Assembly (NCBI GenBank): GCA_011364985.1
Contig: RDOC01000004.1
Coordinates: 1-64,000 of the forward strand
DNA: 64,000 nt
Source: Candidatus Thorarchaeota archaeon
GTDB taxonomy: Archaea; Asgardarchaeota; Thorarchaeia; Thorarchaeales; Thorarchaeaceae
Direction: 5' to 3'
Shown here: positions 28,791 through 38,804 of the stretch, one piece after another
Numbering within the stretch: position 1 is the stretch's first letter
Layout of the letters: every line of letters begins with the position of its first letter
Notes under the pieces: model-generated
Databases searched by the model: none
Told to the model about the DNA's origin: nothing
What the model saw: the letters and a program-made list of their open reading frames with translations, nothing else
Program-made: the position numbers and the translations under genes

Positions 28791-29474
28791 CTATAGCTCC
28801 TTTCCAAATAATAGCGTCCCAGTATCTGTCATGCGAACTTCCACACCAATTGATGACGGATGTATCGATAACAATGCGTGATTCTCTTGCACTCCAATGA
28901 GAGACGATGCGGGATCTAGTGAAATCCCAAATTCGGGAAGCAGCAATATTGACTCGCTAAGGCTTCGGTATTTTCTAGCACTAGGAGCAGCACCAAATTC
29001 CACCCACATGGCAGCTTTAGGATATTCTCCAGGGTTTCTAGTCGCCAAATCCTTTACAATGCGTGATATTTCCTCGACATCCGAGTTGTTTATCATATCG
29101 ATAAGTTCGACTTGGCTCCTGAATCGTTCTACAGCCTCATAGGGGATATTCTCAATGTATGGTATCGCTCCAGGAGCATTATTGATTCTTCTTGTTTCTG
29201 AATCAATACCCGAGGTATAGAGTGCTTTCAGCGAACGACCAGTGAGATGACCTGGAACCTCAGGACCAGCCAAGACGAGAAAGCGGATTGAGGCATTGGA
29301 GATCACATTGACGATGACTCGCTCTATGCCGATATTCTCTGTCTTACAAGTACCGGCTATTCCATAGTCTTCTGGAATATCCAGCCTCTTACCAAGAGTA
29401 CAAATAGCGACCGGCATTCTTGGATTCTTTACATGGAAATCCCCTGGGATTGGTGGCCAAGCATTATCCGACAT
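28791..29474 (-). CDS. mtrA: MtrA/MtxA-type corrinoid protein without membrane anchor
   Basis: WPPIPGDF, KTENIGIE, EVPGH (Co-ligand His), GAIPYIEN, ERF..QVE. Confidence 0.9.
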   Translation of the reverse strand: MSDNAWPPIPGDFHVKNPRMPVAICTLGKRLDIPEDYGIAGTCKTENIGIERVIVNVISNASIRFLVLAGPEVPGHLTGRSLKALYTSGIDSETRRINNAPGAIPYIENIPYEAVERFRSQVELIDMINNSDVEEISRIVKDLATRNPGEYPKAAMWVEFGAAPSARKYRSLSESILLLPEFGISLDPASSLIGVQENHALLSIHPSSIGVEVRMTDTGTLLFGKEL

Positions 29475-29488
29475 CTGTGATCCTTCTC

Positions 29489-30409
29489 CTATTCGAAAGT
29501 AAGTGGTTCAAACAAGTTCCGGTCAATTCCCAACACCTGTTGGGCTTCTGTCACAGCAGCAGCTATTGCATTACCTATTAGGGCAGTGGCAGTGAATACT
29601 TCCTTCGTTCGAACCATTGAGCCATACATGATGCAATCGGTTGCCGACATCTGAGCTGCAATCGTCGATGCAATTATGGCGGCCATATGTGTGGGTTCAT
29701 CGTCAAAACCATCTTGCTTGATAAACCTCCAAGCAGATGGAGCATTATGGGGTGCAAGACAAGTGGGTAGACCCAGTTCTGCCTTAATTGCCAAAATAGC
29801 TCGATAGTCCAGCCCATAGCCAGCTCCAACAGGAAGCGTCGCAGGGTCTATCAACATTTTCTTGATGCCCATATTCTCCGCCGTTGCTATCGAGCTCTGG
29901 ATAGTCTCCATTCTCTCAGAGAGTGAAGTTGCTCGAGGCGACCAACCAAGCACAACAGCCATGTGTATCAAGCTATTCTGAAGGGCAAGTTTCTCATCAT
30001 CCTTCATTGAAAGATTGATTGAATTGTAGATGGCACGTTCACTCAGACCCGCTTCCTCACAGAATTCGATTGCCTTCATTCTTGCCTTTGCGTTGGTCGA
30101 TTCAAACATGAAAGGCCCATCGTAGTTCTTGACAAGCCAAGATAGATGCCGTTCCATTGCAAGCTCATTTCGTCCAAAGGCCTGGAGAATCAATGGATGA
30201 CCAGTCTTTTCCATCATCACCTGTCCAGTGTCAATCCATCTCTTAGCCAATTCCTTGTCGAATAGACCCTCCTTTGTGTTTTCCACAATTGGCTGGCCTT
30301 TGAAGAATAGACCACCGACCAAGGTCGTTGGATTCTCGCCGGGTTGGCCCCCAATGATTACGCCTCCGAAATCAGTTGCCTTCTGTTCTTTCTTGAACAA
30401 ATACATCAT
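29489..30409 (-). CDS. Second, divergent MtrH-like methyltransferase
   Basis: FKKEQ...IGGQPGENPT, IYNSIN, PHNAPSAW. Confidence 0.85.
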   Translation of the reverse strand: MMYLFKKEQKATDFGGVIIGGQPGENPTTLVGGLFFKGQPIVENTKEGLFDKELAKRWIDTGQVMMEKTGHPLILQAFGRNELAMERHLSWLVKNYDGPFMFESTNAKARMKAIEFCEEAGLSERAIYNSINLSMKDDEKLALQNSLIHMAVVLGWSPRATSLSERMETIQSSIATAENMGIKKMLIDPATLPVGAGYGLDYRAILAIKAELGLPTCLAPHNAPSAWRFIKQDGFDDEPTHMAAIIASTIAAQMSATDCIMYGSMVRTKEVFTATALIGNAIAAAVTEAQQVLGIDRNLFEPLTFE

Positions 30410-30413
30410 AGCT

Positions 30414-31331
30414 TCACCTTAAGATTGGTCTGGGATAAAGATTGCATGCCTCAACCAGCCCAGGAATACTTTCTTCCCAGCCTACGCTCATAATATGAAC
30501 ACCGTGAACTCCCTGTATGTTTCGAACCGCATTTATCGTTTCTTCAGCAATTAGCAGACCTTCAGCGCAAATTGCAGCTTTCTTCTCCTTACTCTCAAGG
30601 CCAGCTCCTGCTTTTTCAAGTCGCGAGACAACTTCATCAGGAATGCGCATCCCGGGAATCCTTGTTCGCATGAATTGCGCCATTTTTTTGCTTCGGAGAG
30701 GTATGATTCCTGCTAGAACCTTCACGTTCAGCGGACGCACCTTGGTCATGAAGATTTGGAACCGTTCTAGGTCATAAATGGCTTGAGTTTGGAAGAATTT
30801 GGCTCCTGCGTCTCGCTTCTTTTCTACTCTCCAAGCCTGAAGCTCCAGAGGATCTGCAAAGGGATTGAAGGTAGCCCCCAGAAAGAACTCCGGCACCCCT
30901 TCGAGCTCTGCACCTGAAAGATCGGTGCCCCCCATAAGATGCTTCGCCAGCTGAATAGCTTGAACTGAATCCAAATCAAAGACAGTCTTTGTCTGGGGAT
31001 GTGTTCCTAATAATGAATGGTCCCCAGTAATGAAAACTATATTGCGTATACCCAATGCGTAAGCTCCATAGAGCTGGCTCTCGTAGAGAACACGATTTCG
31101 GTCTCTCGCCGACATCTGCATAATGGGCTCTGCTCCCGTCTTCAGAATGAAGTGGGCACAAATGCCACTATCCATAGTAGGTATTCCACGAACATTATCA
31201 GTGATGTTAATCGCGTCACAGTAATCCTTCACTAGTCGTATTCGTTCCTCTATCAGAGTATGGTCAGCACCGTGCGGAGGAGCAACTTCACAGGTCACCA
31301 CAAACGATTCCGAATTCAGTAGCCGCTCCAA
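30414..31331 (-). CDS. metF: Methylenetetrahydrofolate reductase
   Basis: NITDN, RDRNR, TGDH, DLDS, FQTQAIYD, AGIIP. Confidence 0.92.
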   Translation of the reverse strand: MERLLNSESFVVTCEVAPPHGADHTLIEERIRLVKDYCDAINITDNVRGIPTMDSGICAHFILKTGAEPIMQMSARDRNRVLYESQLYGAYALGIRNIVFITGDHSLLGTHPQTKTVFDLDSVQAIQLAKHLMGGTDLSGAELEGVPEFFLGATFNPFADPLELQAWRVEKKRDAGAKFFQTQAIYDLERFQIFMTKVRPLNVKVLAGIIPLRSKKMAQFMRTRIPGMRIPDEVVSRLEKAGAGLESKEKKAAICAEGLLIAEETINAVRNIQGVHGVHIMSVGWEESIPGLVEACNLYPRPILR

Positions 31332-31430
31332 TCGTGATATTGACAGGACTTCTCACTCCTTGCAAAGGACGATTCCGAAAGGCCGCATGCATTACTTAAT
31401 TCCTTCGTCAGGACCTCCGCCGATAATTCG

Positions 31431-32156
31431 CTAGAAATCCTCATGAATAATGGTTCGAGGACTGTGAGAGAGGCTACGGTCTCTAATTCCCCAAATTCGC
31501 CTTATGTTGTCAAGTTTCCCAAGGGATTGCAGCCGATTATAGATAAGTTGCCAAACACAATCCGTTTCCCCATCACGCTCACATTTGCCATCCATCGACC
31601 CTCCACAGGGTCCATTTAGCATTCCCTTAGCACATCGTGCAATGGGACAAATGCCAGCAGTGAGATGAAGAACGCATTCTCCACACATGACGCATGTTTC
31701 ATGATGAACAAAACGTTCAGGCATGACACCCAAGAAGATCGAATCGACGGCTGGAAAGGACTCCTTTTCAGGAATCAAATCTGTCACCACTTGCGTTGCA
31801 ACTCCACAGGCCTGAATAAGAAACGCATCTGCTTCTCTGAGCATATTCATGTTATCATTGATCTCAAGCGTTGTCGCATGAATGTCACATAGACCGCCCT
31901 CGACGAAAACATAGCCCAGCACCTTCTTGTTATTCTGGATTAAGAAGTCCTCCATAGCCTCAAGTTGAAGGATACCTCCCACATCACAAAGCTGTGCACA
32001 ACCGGAGTCACCAAAAAGAACTATCTTCTCGTATCCTTCCAGCATTTCGAGAATGTCTGCATTGGGCTTCAATTTCATTACGATCGTGTGTGGCACCTCA
32101 GTAAATGAATTCAGAAGAAGGCGGCATAAAAGGGATTGGTTCGGGGTTGAGCTCAC
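31431..32156 (-). CDS. metV: MetV (MTHFR Fe-S/Zn small subunit)
   Basis: C..CGEC.L..TAGICP..RCAK..LNGPCGG...GKCE, CVW; start probably nearer 32078. Confidence 0.88.
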   Translation of the reverse strand: MSSTPNQSLLCRLLLNSFTEVPHTIVMKLKPNADILEMLEGYEKIVLFGDSGCAQLCDVGGILQLEAMEDFLIQNNKKVLGYVFVEGGLCDIHATTLEINDNMNMLREADAFLIQACGVATQVVTDLIPEKESFPAVDSIFLGVMPERFVHHETCVMCGECVLHLTAGICPIARCAKGMLNGPCGGSMDGKCERDGETDCVWQLIYNRLQSLGKLDNIRRIWGIRDRSLSHSPRTIIHEDF

Positions 32157-32168
32157 TAGGACTTGGAG

Positions 32169-33458
32169 CTATGTTGTATGAGCTAGGTCAAGAGAACCGT
32201 CTTGGAGAATCCGACGCACCTTTTCGGCCATTTCGAGAGTAAGTAAGACTTTAACCCGAATCGAATTCTCATTGTACTCTTGATCTGCAATGTGGCCGAC
32301 CTCATAGAGCCAGGAGAGGAGAGACATTGATTCATTATCGTAAGGAAGCTCCAATGTGTACATATTCAGAGCTGGCAGAAGTTCCTTCACTGTTTCCATC
32401 AGTTTCTCAAGATTGATACATTCCTTCGCTGAAATGGGAATAACATGATAACCTTCCTCTTCAAGAGTTCCAGTTCTTTCTATGATGGTGCTTTCGTCAA
32501 GGAGGTCCACCTTGTTTAAGGCAACAATCATGGGGATTCCATTGATACCGACTTCCGTGAAGGCATCTTGGCAGGCGTGAAGCTTTCGTAGCATCTCAGA
32601 AGAAGAATCCGAACCATCCACTACAAGTATAATGACATCTGCATCTCCAATTTCCATAAGTGTCGTGTTGAACGCCTGGTACAATGACTTCGGCAGGCCG
32701 CTAATGAAGCCAACAGAATCGGAAAGAACAACCTGTCTTCCTGGAAGAGAAAGTTCAGCCGCCTTTGTTGATAGAGTAGTGAATAGCTGGTCTGCAATCA
32801 GAACACTGGAGCCGGTCAATGCGGAATGAAGAGTGCTTTTACCTGCGTTTGTATACCCGGCGAGAGCCAACTCAATGAATCCTTCTTTCGCCCGTTTCTT
32901 CTTCTTGAGTTGCTGGGCCATAGAGATCTTCTCCAGTTTTTGCTGGATAGACGAGATTCGTCGACGAATTGCTTGCACTCTCAAGTTAAGAAGGTCCTCA
33001 CCGACTCCGACTTGGTCAGTTGTTGGCCTGTCACCCGTCTGCTCTTTCTGAAGCCTTTGTCTAACCTGATAACGCTCAAAGGGCAGCTCGTAGCTCAGTC
33101 TTGCCTGCTCTATCTGCAATTTCGCCTGTGCTGTTTTTGCGTGTCTGTCGAATATTTCAAGAATTAGTTGGGTTCTGTCTCGGACCTCAGTGTTCCAAGC
33201 CTCCATAAGACGGAATACTTGACTGGATCGGAGCTGTGGAGAAAACAGAACTACATCTGGCTTGTTTATCTCAATCCAAGTTGCAATCTCTTCAACATTG
33301 CCACTGCTGATGCCGAATTTGGCGGATGGCGGACCAACTATGTCTCGCGATCCGAGAATATCATATCCTGCTGTCTGAGCAAGGGCTTCAAACTCGTCTA
33401 GAAGATTTGACTCGTTGTAACGTCGGCTCTGAACGAGAAGCGCTTTCAAGTTGTTCAT
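32169..33458 (-). CDS. hflX: GTPase HflX
   Basis: LILEIF..HA....AKLQ, GYTNAGKST, LFTTL, DSVGFI, NKVD. Confidence 0.95.
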   Translation of the reverse strand: MNNLKALLVQSRRYNESNLLDEFEALAQTAGYDILGSRDIVGPPSAKFGISSGNVEEIATWIEINKPDVVLFSPQLRSSQVFRLMEAWNTEVRDRTQLILEIFDRHAKTAQAKLQIEQARLSYELPFERYQVRQRLQKEQTGDRPTTDQVGVGEDLLNLRVQAIRRRISSIQQKLEKISMAQQLKKKKRAKEGFIELALAGYTNAGKSTLHSALTGSSVLIADQLFTTLSTKAAELSLPGRQVVLSDSVGFISGLPKSLYQAFNTTLMEIGDADVIILVVDGSDSSSEMLRKLHACQDAFTEVGINGIPMIVALNKVDLLDESTIIERTGTLEEEGYHVIPISAKECINLEKLMETVKELLPALNMYTLELPYDNESMSLLSWLYEVGHIADQEYNENSIRVKVLLTLEMAEKVRRILQDGSLDLAHTT

Positions 33459-33553
33459 TATCTCGTCTTGTTTTGCAGAACGACTTAAACCGTTTGATTG
33501 TGGTCAAAGAGAAAGATTCTTTGACGGAATCTTGAAACACCCTTCGAGGTCAA

Positions 33554-35572
33554 ATGGGTCAATTTGAGATAAGAGCAAAAGACGGACTTGCAAGACTGGG
33601 CAAGTTCACCACCAAACATGGAGTAGTCAGAACACCATTACTCATGCCAGTTGTCCATCCAGGGAAGTCCGCGATACTACCAAGAGAACTGGTCGAGAAT
33701 TTTGGTTTTCAGATGGTCATTACCAATTCATACATTGTAAGATCACATGAACGGTTTCGTCGTAAGGCTCTCGAGGAGGGGGTTCATGGACTACTTGATT
33801 TCGATGGTCCGGTCATGACGGATTCAGGAACATTCCAGATGTACTCCCATCATCTTCCATCGGAGGAGATTGACCCGTTGGAGATAGTGAGATTTCAGAG
33901 AGAAATTGACACCGATATCGGAACAATCCTAGATGTTTTCTCTGACCCAAGCGTTGGAAGGAGCCAAGTTGAGAAGGATGTCCAGATTTCGCTGGAACGC
34001 GCCGAAGTCTCGGTTCCGGAAAAAGGGGAGATGATGCTGGCCGGAACAGTTCAGGGAGGAGCATACGAAGACCTCAGAGAGCTGTCAGCCAGTAGACTTG
34101 CCAGATTGGATCTTGATATCCATCCCATTGGGGGTGTCGTCCCGTTTATGGAAAGCTACCGTTATTCGGACATTGTTAGAATGACTCTTGCTTCCAAGCA
34201 GCATCTACCACCCCAAAGACCAGTACATCTCTTTGGCTGCGGCCATCCGATGCTCTTCGCTCAAGCCGCTCTCTTGGGATGTGATTTCTTTGATTCTGCC
34301 TCATATGCCAAGTTTGCGGAATCTGGGCGGATGCTTCTTCCGGATGGGACAATGCATCTTGAGAGTCTTAGAGAACTTCCATGTGACTGCCCGATCTGCA
34401 GCAATTTCACAGCAGACGAATTGAAGTCTATGAAGGAGGAGAAGGAACTTCTACTTATGAAACACAATCTGTACGTGAGCGCAGCCGAGATGCGAAGAGT
34501 TCGTCAGGCAATCCAAGATGGAAAGATCTTCGAACTAGCTGCTTATCGCGCCCGTGGTCATCCAGCCCTTATGGAAGCATTAGAAACAACGCTCAGTATC
34601 CTTGCAACTTATAGTGCTTCAGAACCTATTGGAAAAACAGCGTCATTGTTCTATACTGGTCCTGAAACAAGTCGTCGACCGGAGATCGGGTTCTTTCATC
34701 GACGAATGCTTGAGAGATTTCCGTTCAAAAAGACTCATACCCTCTTACTTGTGCCCCACCATGCCGATCACCCCTTTTCCGATACAGCTCAGGGGCTGAT
34801 GGAGGAGGCAAGAATCCATCAAAATGAAAATCTGCAGGTAGCATTTGTTGCTCCTTTTGGGGCTGTTCCTTGGGAATTAGAACATGTTCACCCAGCACAA
34901 CAGTGTGTCTTTCCCAAGAAGATCGATGAAATCACACTCAAGATATCCCTCTCACGAGCTGTGGAATTGATGGCAAAGGTGCAGGCGGATAACGTCCTTT
35001 GGCTTAGTAGAGAAACCCCAATTGACATACTCAAAGGTCCTCTTTCGCAGGCCAACAATATCGAAGTGCTTGATAGCATCAGGAAGCTCAAGAATAGCCT
35101 TCCTCAAGCTTCAGGAAAGGAGTCTTGGCAACATAGAAGACTAAGAGCGATTCTTGCATATCAATGGAATCTTCAACTGGATTCCATGAATGATTTTGAG
35201 ATAGTCATATCAAAAGGAACAGGTAAGATACGTCACATTCGTAGCGACAACGAGATTCTGTTCACAGTCATTCCTCAGTCTGGACTTCTAGCCCCAACCT
35301 TCCGGGGAGGTGAGGTTCTCCTCAAGGCGGGGCTAGACCAGTCATATAGGGTCTGCATGAGTGTAGATGCTGTGGAGTTCGTAGAGGAAGGGAAATCTGC
35401 TTTGGCTAAGTTTGTGCTCAAGGCGAATGATAGCCTTCTCTCAGGTGAAGAAGTGCTTCTTATGAATCCTGATGGTCAGCTGATCGGAGTTGGTCGGGCA
35501 GTCCTGAACGGACCAGAAATGCTTGCCTTTGATAGAGGAGTTGCTGTGGCAACTAGGCACTCGAAGCTGTAG
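33554..35572 (+). CDS. tgtA: Archaeosine tRNA-guanine(15) transglycosylase
   Basis: MTDSGTFQ, HLFG.GHP, FDSASY, CDCPIC...HNL, C-terminal PUA domain. Confidence 0.95.
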   Translation: MGQFEIRAKDGLARLGKFTTKHGVVRTPLLMPVVHPGKSAILPRELVENFGFQMVITNSYIVRSHERFRRKALEEGVHGLLDFDGPVMTDSGTFQMYSHHLPSEEIDPLEIVRFQREIDTDIGTILDVFSDPSVGRSQVEKDVQISLERAEVSVPEKGEMMLAGTVQGGAYEDLRELSASRLARLDLDIHPIGGVVPFMESYRYSDIVRMTLASKQHLPPQRPVHLFGCGHPMLFAQAALLGCDFFDSASYAKFAESGRMLLPDGTMHLESLRELPCDCPICSNFTADELKSMKEEKELLLMKHNLYVSAAEMRRVRQAIQDGKIFELAAYRARGHPALMEALETTLSILATYSASEPIGKTASLFYTGPETSRRPEIGFFHRRMLERFPFKKTHTLLLVPHHADHPFSDTAQGLMEEARIHQNENLQVAFVAPFGAVPWELEHVHPAQQCVFPKKIDEITLKISLSRAVELMAKVQADNVLWLSRETPIDILKGPLSQANNIEVLDSIRKLKNSLPQASGKESWQHRRLRAILAYQWNLQLDSMNDFEIVISKGTGKIRHIRSDNEILFTVIPQSGLLAPTFRGGEVLLKAGLDQSYRVCMSVDAVEFVEEGKSALAKFVLKANDSLLSGEEVLLMNPDGQLIGVGRAVLNGPEMLAFDRGVAVATRHSKL

Positions 35573-36713
35573 TGGGTGGAGCACTAGGAAACATTGGGTG
35601 TCCAGGAACTCGCTTTAGTGCCTCAATGCCACCTTCTGGCAGAACCATTACTTCTCTGCGAGGGGCAAAGAGCTCGATTTGATCATTTGGAGAAATAGCG
35701 AGGTCAGGGTCGAGCAAGGCTTGTGCTGAAACACCGCCAACTTCGAAATAGACTTCTAGGCCAGTACCTATGTAAATAGTTCTGGTCACAGTTCCTCTAA
35801 CGCGATTATCATCTGAGCTAACGCTACTAAGATGCAGATCCTCAGGACGGAAAGCGCATTTAACAGCCTCTCCAATCTCGAAGGGATATTCATCGATCGT
35901 ACTAGTACCTGATATCAGCTGACCATCAGGAAGCCGTACATCGATGAGCTCTCCAATATTCTCGACCTGTCCACTCAAGAAAGTGCACTGGCCAATGAAA
36001 TCTGCAACAAAGACTGTCTGCGGATGAGCATATATTTCTCTCGGAGATGCGAACTGCTGAACATAACCGCGGTCCATAACGGCAACCTTATCAGAGATAC
36101 TCAGGGCCTCATGTTGGTCATGAGTAACGTAAACCGTCGTAATTGACAGCTCCTTTTGGATGCGAATGATCTCCTCGCGCATTTCCATTCTAAGCTTCGC
36201 ATCAAGATTGGAGAGTGGTTCGTCTAGGAGCAAAACATCGGGTTCTATAACCAGAGCTCTGGCCAGGGCAACGCGCTGTTGCTGTCCGCCAGATAGCTGA
36301 TGGATGTGTCGCTCACCAAGACCCTCAAGATGGACAAGGTTCAGTGCAGCGTTGACTCTCTTATCAATTGCGCTCTTAGTGTATTTCATTCCATGCACTC
36401 GTTTTAGCTTCAGCCCATAGGAGATGTTGTCAAACACTGACATGTGTGGCCAGAGCGCGTAGTTCTGGAAACACATTCCCGTATTCCTTAAATGTGGAGG
36501 GAGAAACGTGACATCTCTGTCATCAAAGTAGACTCTACCGGAATCAGGAATGTAGAAGCCTGCGATGAGTCTCAACAATGTTGTCTTCCCACATCCCGAT
36601 GGACCCAAGAGTGTAGAAAGTTCGCCCTCTTTCAGAGTCATTGTTACTGCATCCGTTGCAACGACGTCACCGAATGTCTTGCGTAGATTCTCAAGAACTA
36701 TCTCAACCATCAA
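35553..36713 (-). CDS. ABC transporter ATP-binding protein (FbpC/PotA-like, TOBE domain)
   Basis: GPSGCGKT, LSGGQQQR, LLDEP, VTHD. Confidence 0.95.
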   Translation of the reverse strand: MMVEIVLENLRKTFGDVVATDAVTMTLKEGELSTLLGPSGCGKTTLLRLIAGFYIPDSGRVYFDDRDVTFLPPHLRNTGMCFQNYALWPHMSVFDNISYGLKLKRVHGMKYTKSAIDKRVNAALNLVHLEGLGERHIHQLSGGQQQRVALARALVIEPDVLLLDEPLSNLDAKLRMEMREEIIRIQKELSITTVYVTHDQHEALSISDKVAVMDRGYVQQFASPREIYAHPQTVFVADFIGQCTFLSGQVENIGELIDVRLPDGQLISGTSTIDEYPFEIGEAVKCAFRPEDLHLSSVSSDDNRVRGTVTRTIYIGTGLEVYFEVGGVSAQALLDPDLAISPNDQIELFAPRREVMVLPEGGIEALKRVPGHPMFPSAPPTTASSA

Positions 36714-36719
36714 ATCACC

Positions 36720-38777
36720 TCAAATTCCTGTCATAGCTGATGACCTAGCTCCAAGGATTTTATTCGTCACGGTAATCACCGCCATCTGAAGCGCCATCAT
36801 TAATACTCCTAGACATGCAGCACTACTTGGACCTGAATAGCTGGCTGAATGAGACTCAAGAACCTCTTTTGTCCAAAAAGTCATTGGTGCTTGATCGCGG
36901 CCTAAGCTTCCTAGTATGAGGCTAGTACTCACCTCACTAACGGAATAAACAAATGAAAGAAGTGATCCAGCAAGGACATTCACTCCTATCAGGGGCATCG
37001 TTATTTTGGCAAATGTTTGATTCTTGGTCGCACCCAGGTTCTGAGAGGCCTCCTCAAGCACGACTGGGGTGGACTGCAATCCTGCATATGCTGCTCTGAC
37101 TGTGAATGGGAATTTCCTTATGGTATATGACATAATGATTAGAAAAGCTGGAGCATCAAGGGGGAAAATGGGGGTACCGAAAAACAGCGTAAAGTAACCA
37201 GTAGCAATCACAATCCCAGGTAAGGCAATAGGGGATGTTACAAGGAGGTCAAGAGCGGTTTTTCCTGGAATATCCTTCCTTGAGATTATGTACGCAGCGC
37301 TTGTTCCTAGAAAAACGATGAGAACAGTGGCTACTACTCCATAGATAAGTGTAAGATTAATGGAGTTGACCACCGAGGGATACGCATACAAAACCGAGTA
37401 GTGTTCCAATGTCCAAGAATCAGGCAGTACAGAATTCGTGGACCATGGGCCTGCAAACGATAGTATAACTACACTGATTTGAGGAATTAGGGCGAAGAAA
37501 AGAAGTGGTATTAATATCAGATAGAGCATAAAGGATGTTCGAATACGCAGTCTGCGAACTCTTGGATTCCACTGCCCTCCTTTTGTACCAGATTCATATG
37601 AACGAAGGCCCGCATACTTGCGAATTGTTAAGAACCCAATAAGAGCGAAGACAAGTAGAATAATGCCAATCGCAGGGCCCTTGGGATCGATGGTTCCAGC
37701 TTGTGTCGCGATTGAAACAAATATCTGATATGCGAGTGTCTTAGTTGCCATTTGTTGTTCGGAAAAGACAATGGGTGTTCCAAGATCTTCTATGCTCAGA
37801 ATGAACGTGAGTATTGCACCCGCCTGAATACCAGGCATTGCCAGAGGGAGAGTAACAGAACGAAACAGCTTTGGGCCGGTGGCACCAAGATTCTCGGCTT
37901 GTTCTTCTAGCGATGGATCAATGCTCATAAATGAGGAGTATGCATTTAGATAGACCAGAGAAAAGAACGACAGCGACTGGACGAATATTATGGCTGCAAG
38001 TCCTTCAATTTGCACCTGAACAGGCAAGATATGCAGTGTATCATAAAACAGATTGTTGAAGAATCCATTTAGACCGATAAATGACTTAATACCAATTGCG
38101 CCCACAAAAGGAGTCGCCAATATTGGGAAAATGAGGACCGTTCGGATTACACTTTTTCCAGGATAATCGTAGCGAGCAACAAGAAAAGCCAGAAATACTC
38201 CCAGGACGACTGAGAAAAATGTAACTAGAATAGCCACATATATCGAGTTGATTATGGCGCCAAGGTCCCAACCCTGTATGATAATTGTATTCGTTCCATA
38301 CTCAATGGGCCGCAGATTTGCAAAGAAGAACCAACGACCTGTTTCTGCTTGGTAGTACCAAGGCCAAATATTCGTGTCGCTAAACAGATTGATGAAGTGC
38401 ATGAGAGAGGGGACACCAGTATTAGGATCTGTAAATGAAAAAACAATAACACTGACAAGAGGCAGAATCAGGAATAGTGTAAACGAAATCATTACTGCAG
38501 CGAGTTGTATGGCTGTTAGCTTATCCAACTCCCTTCTAAGTTCTTTGTACGACTCGCGGAGTCGGGGTCCAGGCTCACGCAAGAAATCACGAGCCGAATG
38601 GAAGCTGGCAGTAATTCGTCGTCCTGAAGACCGAAGGCCATTAGTAAATCCATGAATAATGCGAGAGGGAAGGTTCTTCAAGAATCTCTGCAGATTCTCC
38701 CAATTGCTGTCGGGAATAAGCTCGATTCTCTCTTGTTCTTCCCTTTGTTCCTTCTCCATTTCCTGACTGCCTGTCAA
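36720..38777 (-). CDS. ABC transporter permease (FbpB-like, two EAA modules)
   Basis: EEQAENLGA and EEASQNLGA motifs; many TM helices. Confidence 0.92.
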   Translation of the reverse strand: MTGSQEMEKEQREEQERIELIPDSNWENLQRFLKNLPSRIIHGFTNGLRSSGRRITASFHSARDFLREPGPRLRESYKELRRELDKLTAIQLAAVMISFTLFLILPLVSVIVFSFTDPNTGVPSLMHFINLFSDTNIWPWYYQAETGRWFFFANLRPIEYGTNTIIIQGWDLGAIINSIYVAILVTFFSVVLGVFLAFLVARYDYPGKSVIRTVLIFPILATPFVGAIGIKSFIGLNGFFNNLFYDTLHILPVQVQIEGLAAIIFVQSLSFFSLVYLNAYSSFMSIDPSLEEQAENLGATGPKLFRSVTLPLAMPGIQAGAILTFILSIEDLGTPIVFSEQQMATKTLAYQIFVSIATQAGTIDPKGPAIGIILLVFALIGFLTIRKYAGLRSYESGTKGGQWNPRVRRLRIRTSFMLYLILIPLLFFALIPQISVVILSFAGPWSTNSVLPDSWTLEHYSVLYAYPSVVNSINLTLIYGVVATVLIVFLGTSAAYIISRKDIPGKTALDLLVTSPIALPGIVIATGYFTLFFGTPIFPLDAPAFLIIMSYTIRKFPFTVRAAYAGLQSTPVVLEEASQNLGATKNQTFAKITMPLIGVNVLAGSLLSFVYSVSEVSTSLILGSLGRDQAPMTFWTKEVLESHSASYSGPSSAACLGVLMMALQMAVITVTNKILGARSSAMTGI

Positions 38778-38804
38778 GGGGGTCTCTCCAAACGTGCTTT
38801 AGGT

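Noticed and set aside
26444-30409. Evidence of methanogenesis
   Set aside because: No mcr or membrane Mtr subunits are in the window, and MtrA/MtrH occur in non-methanogens.
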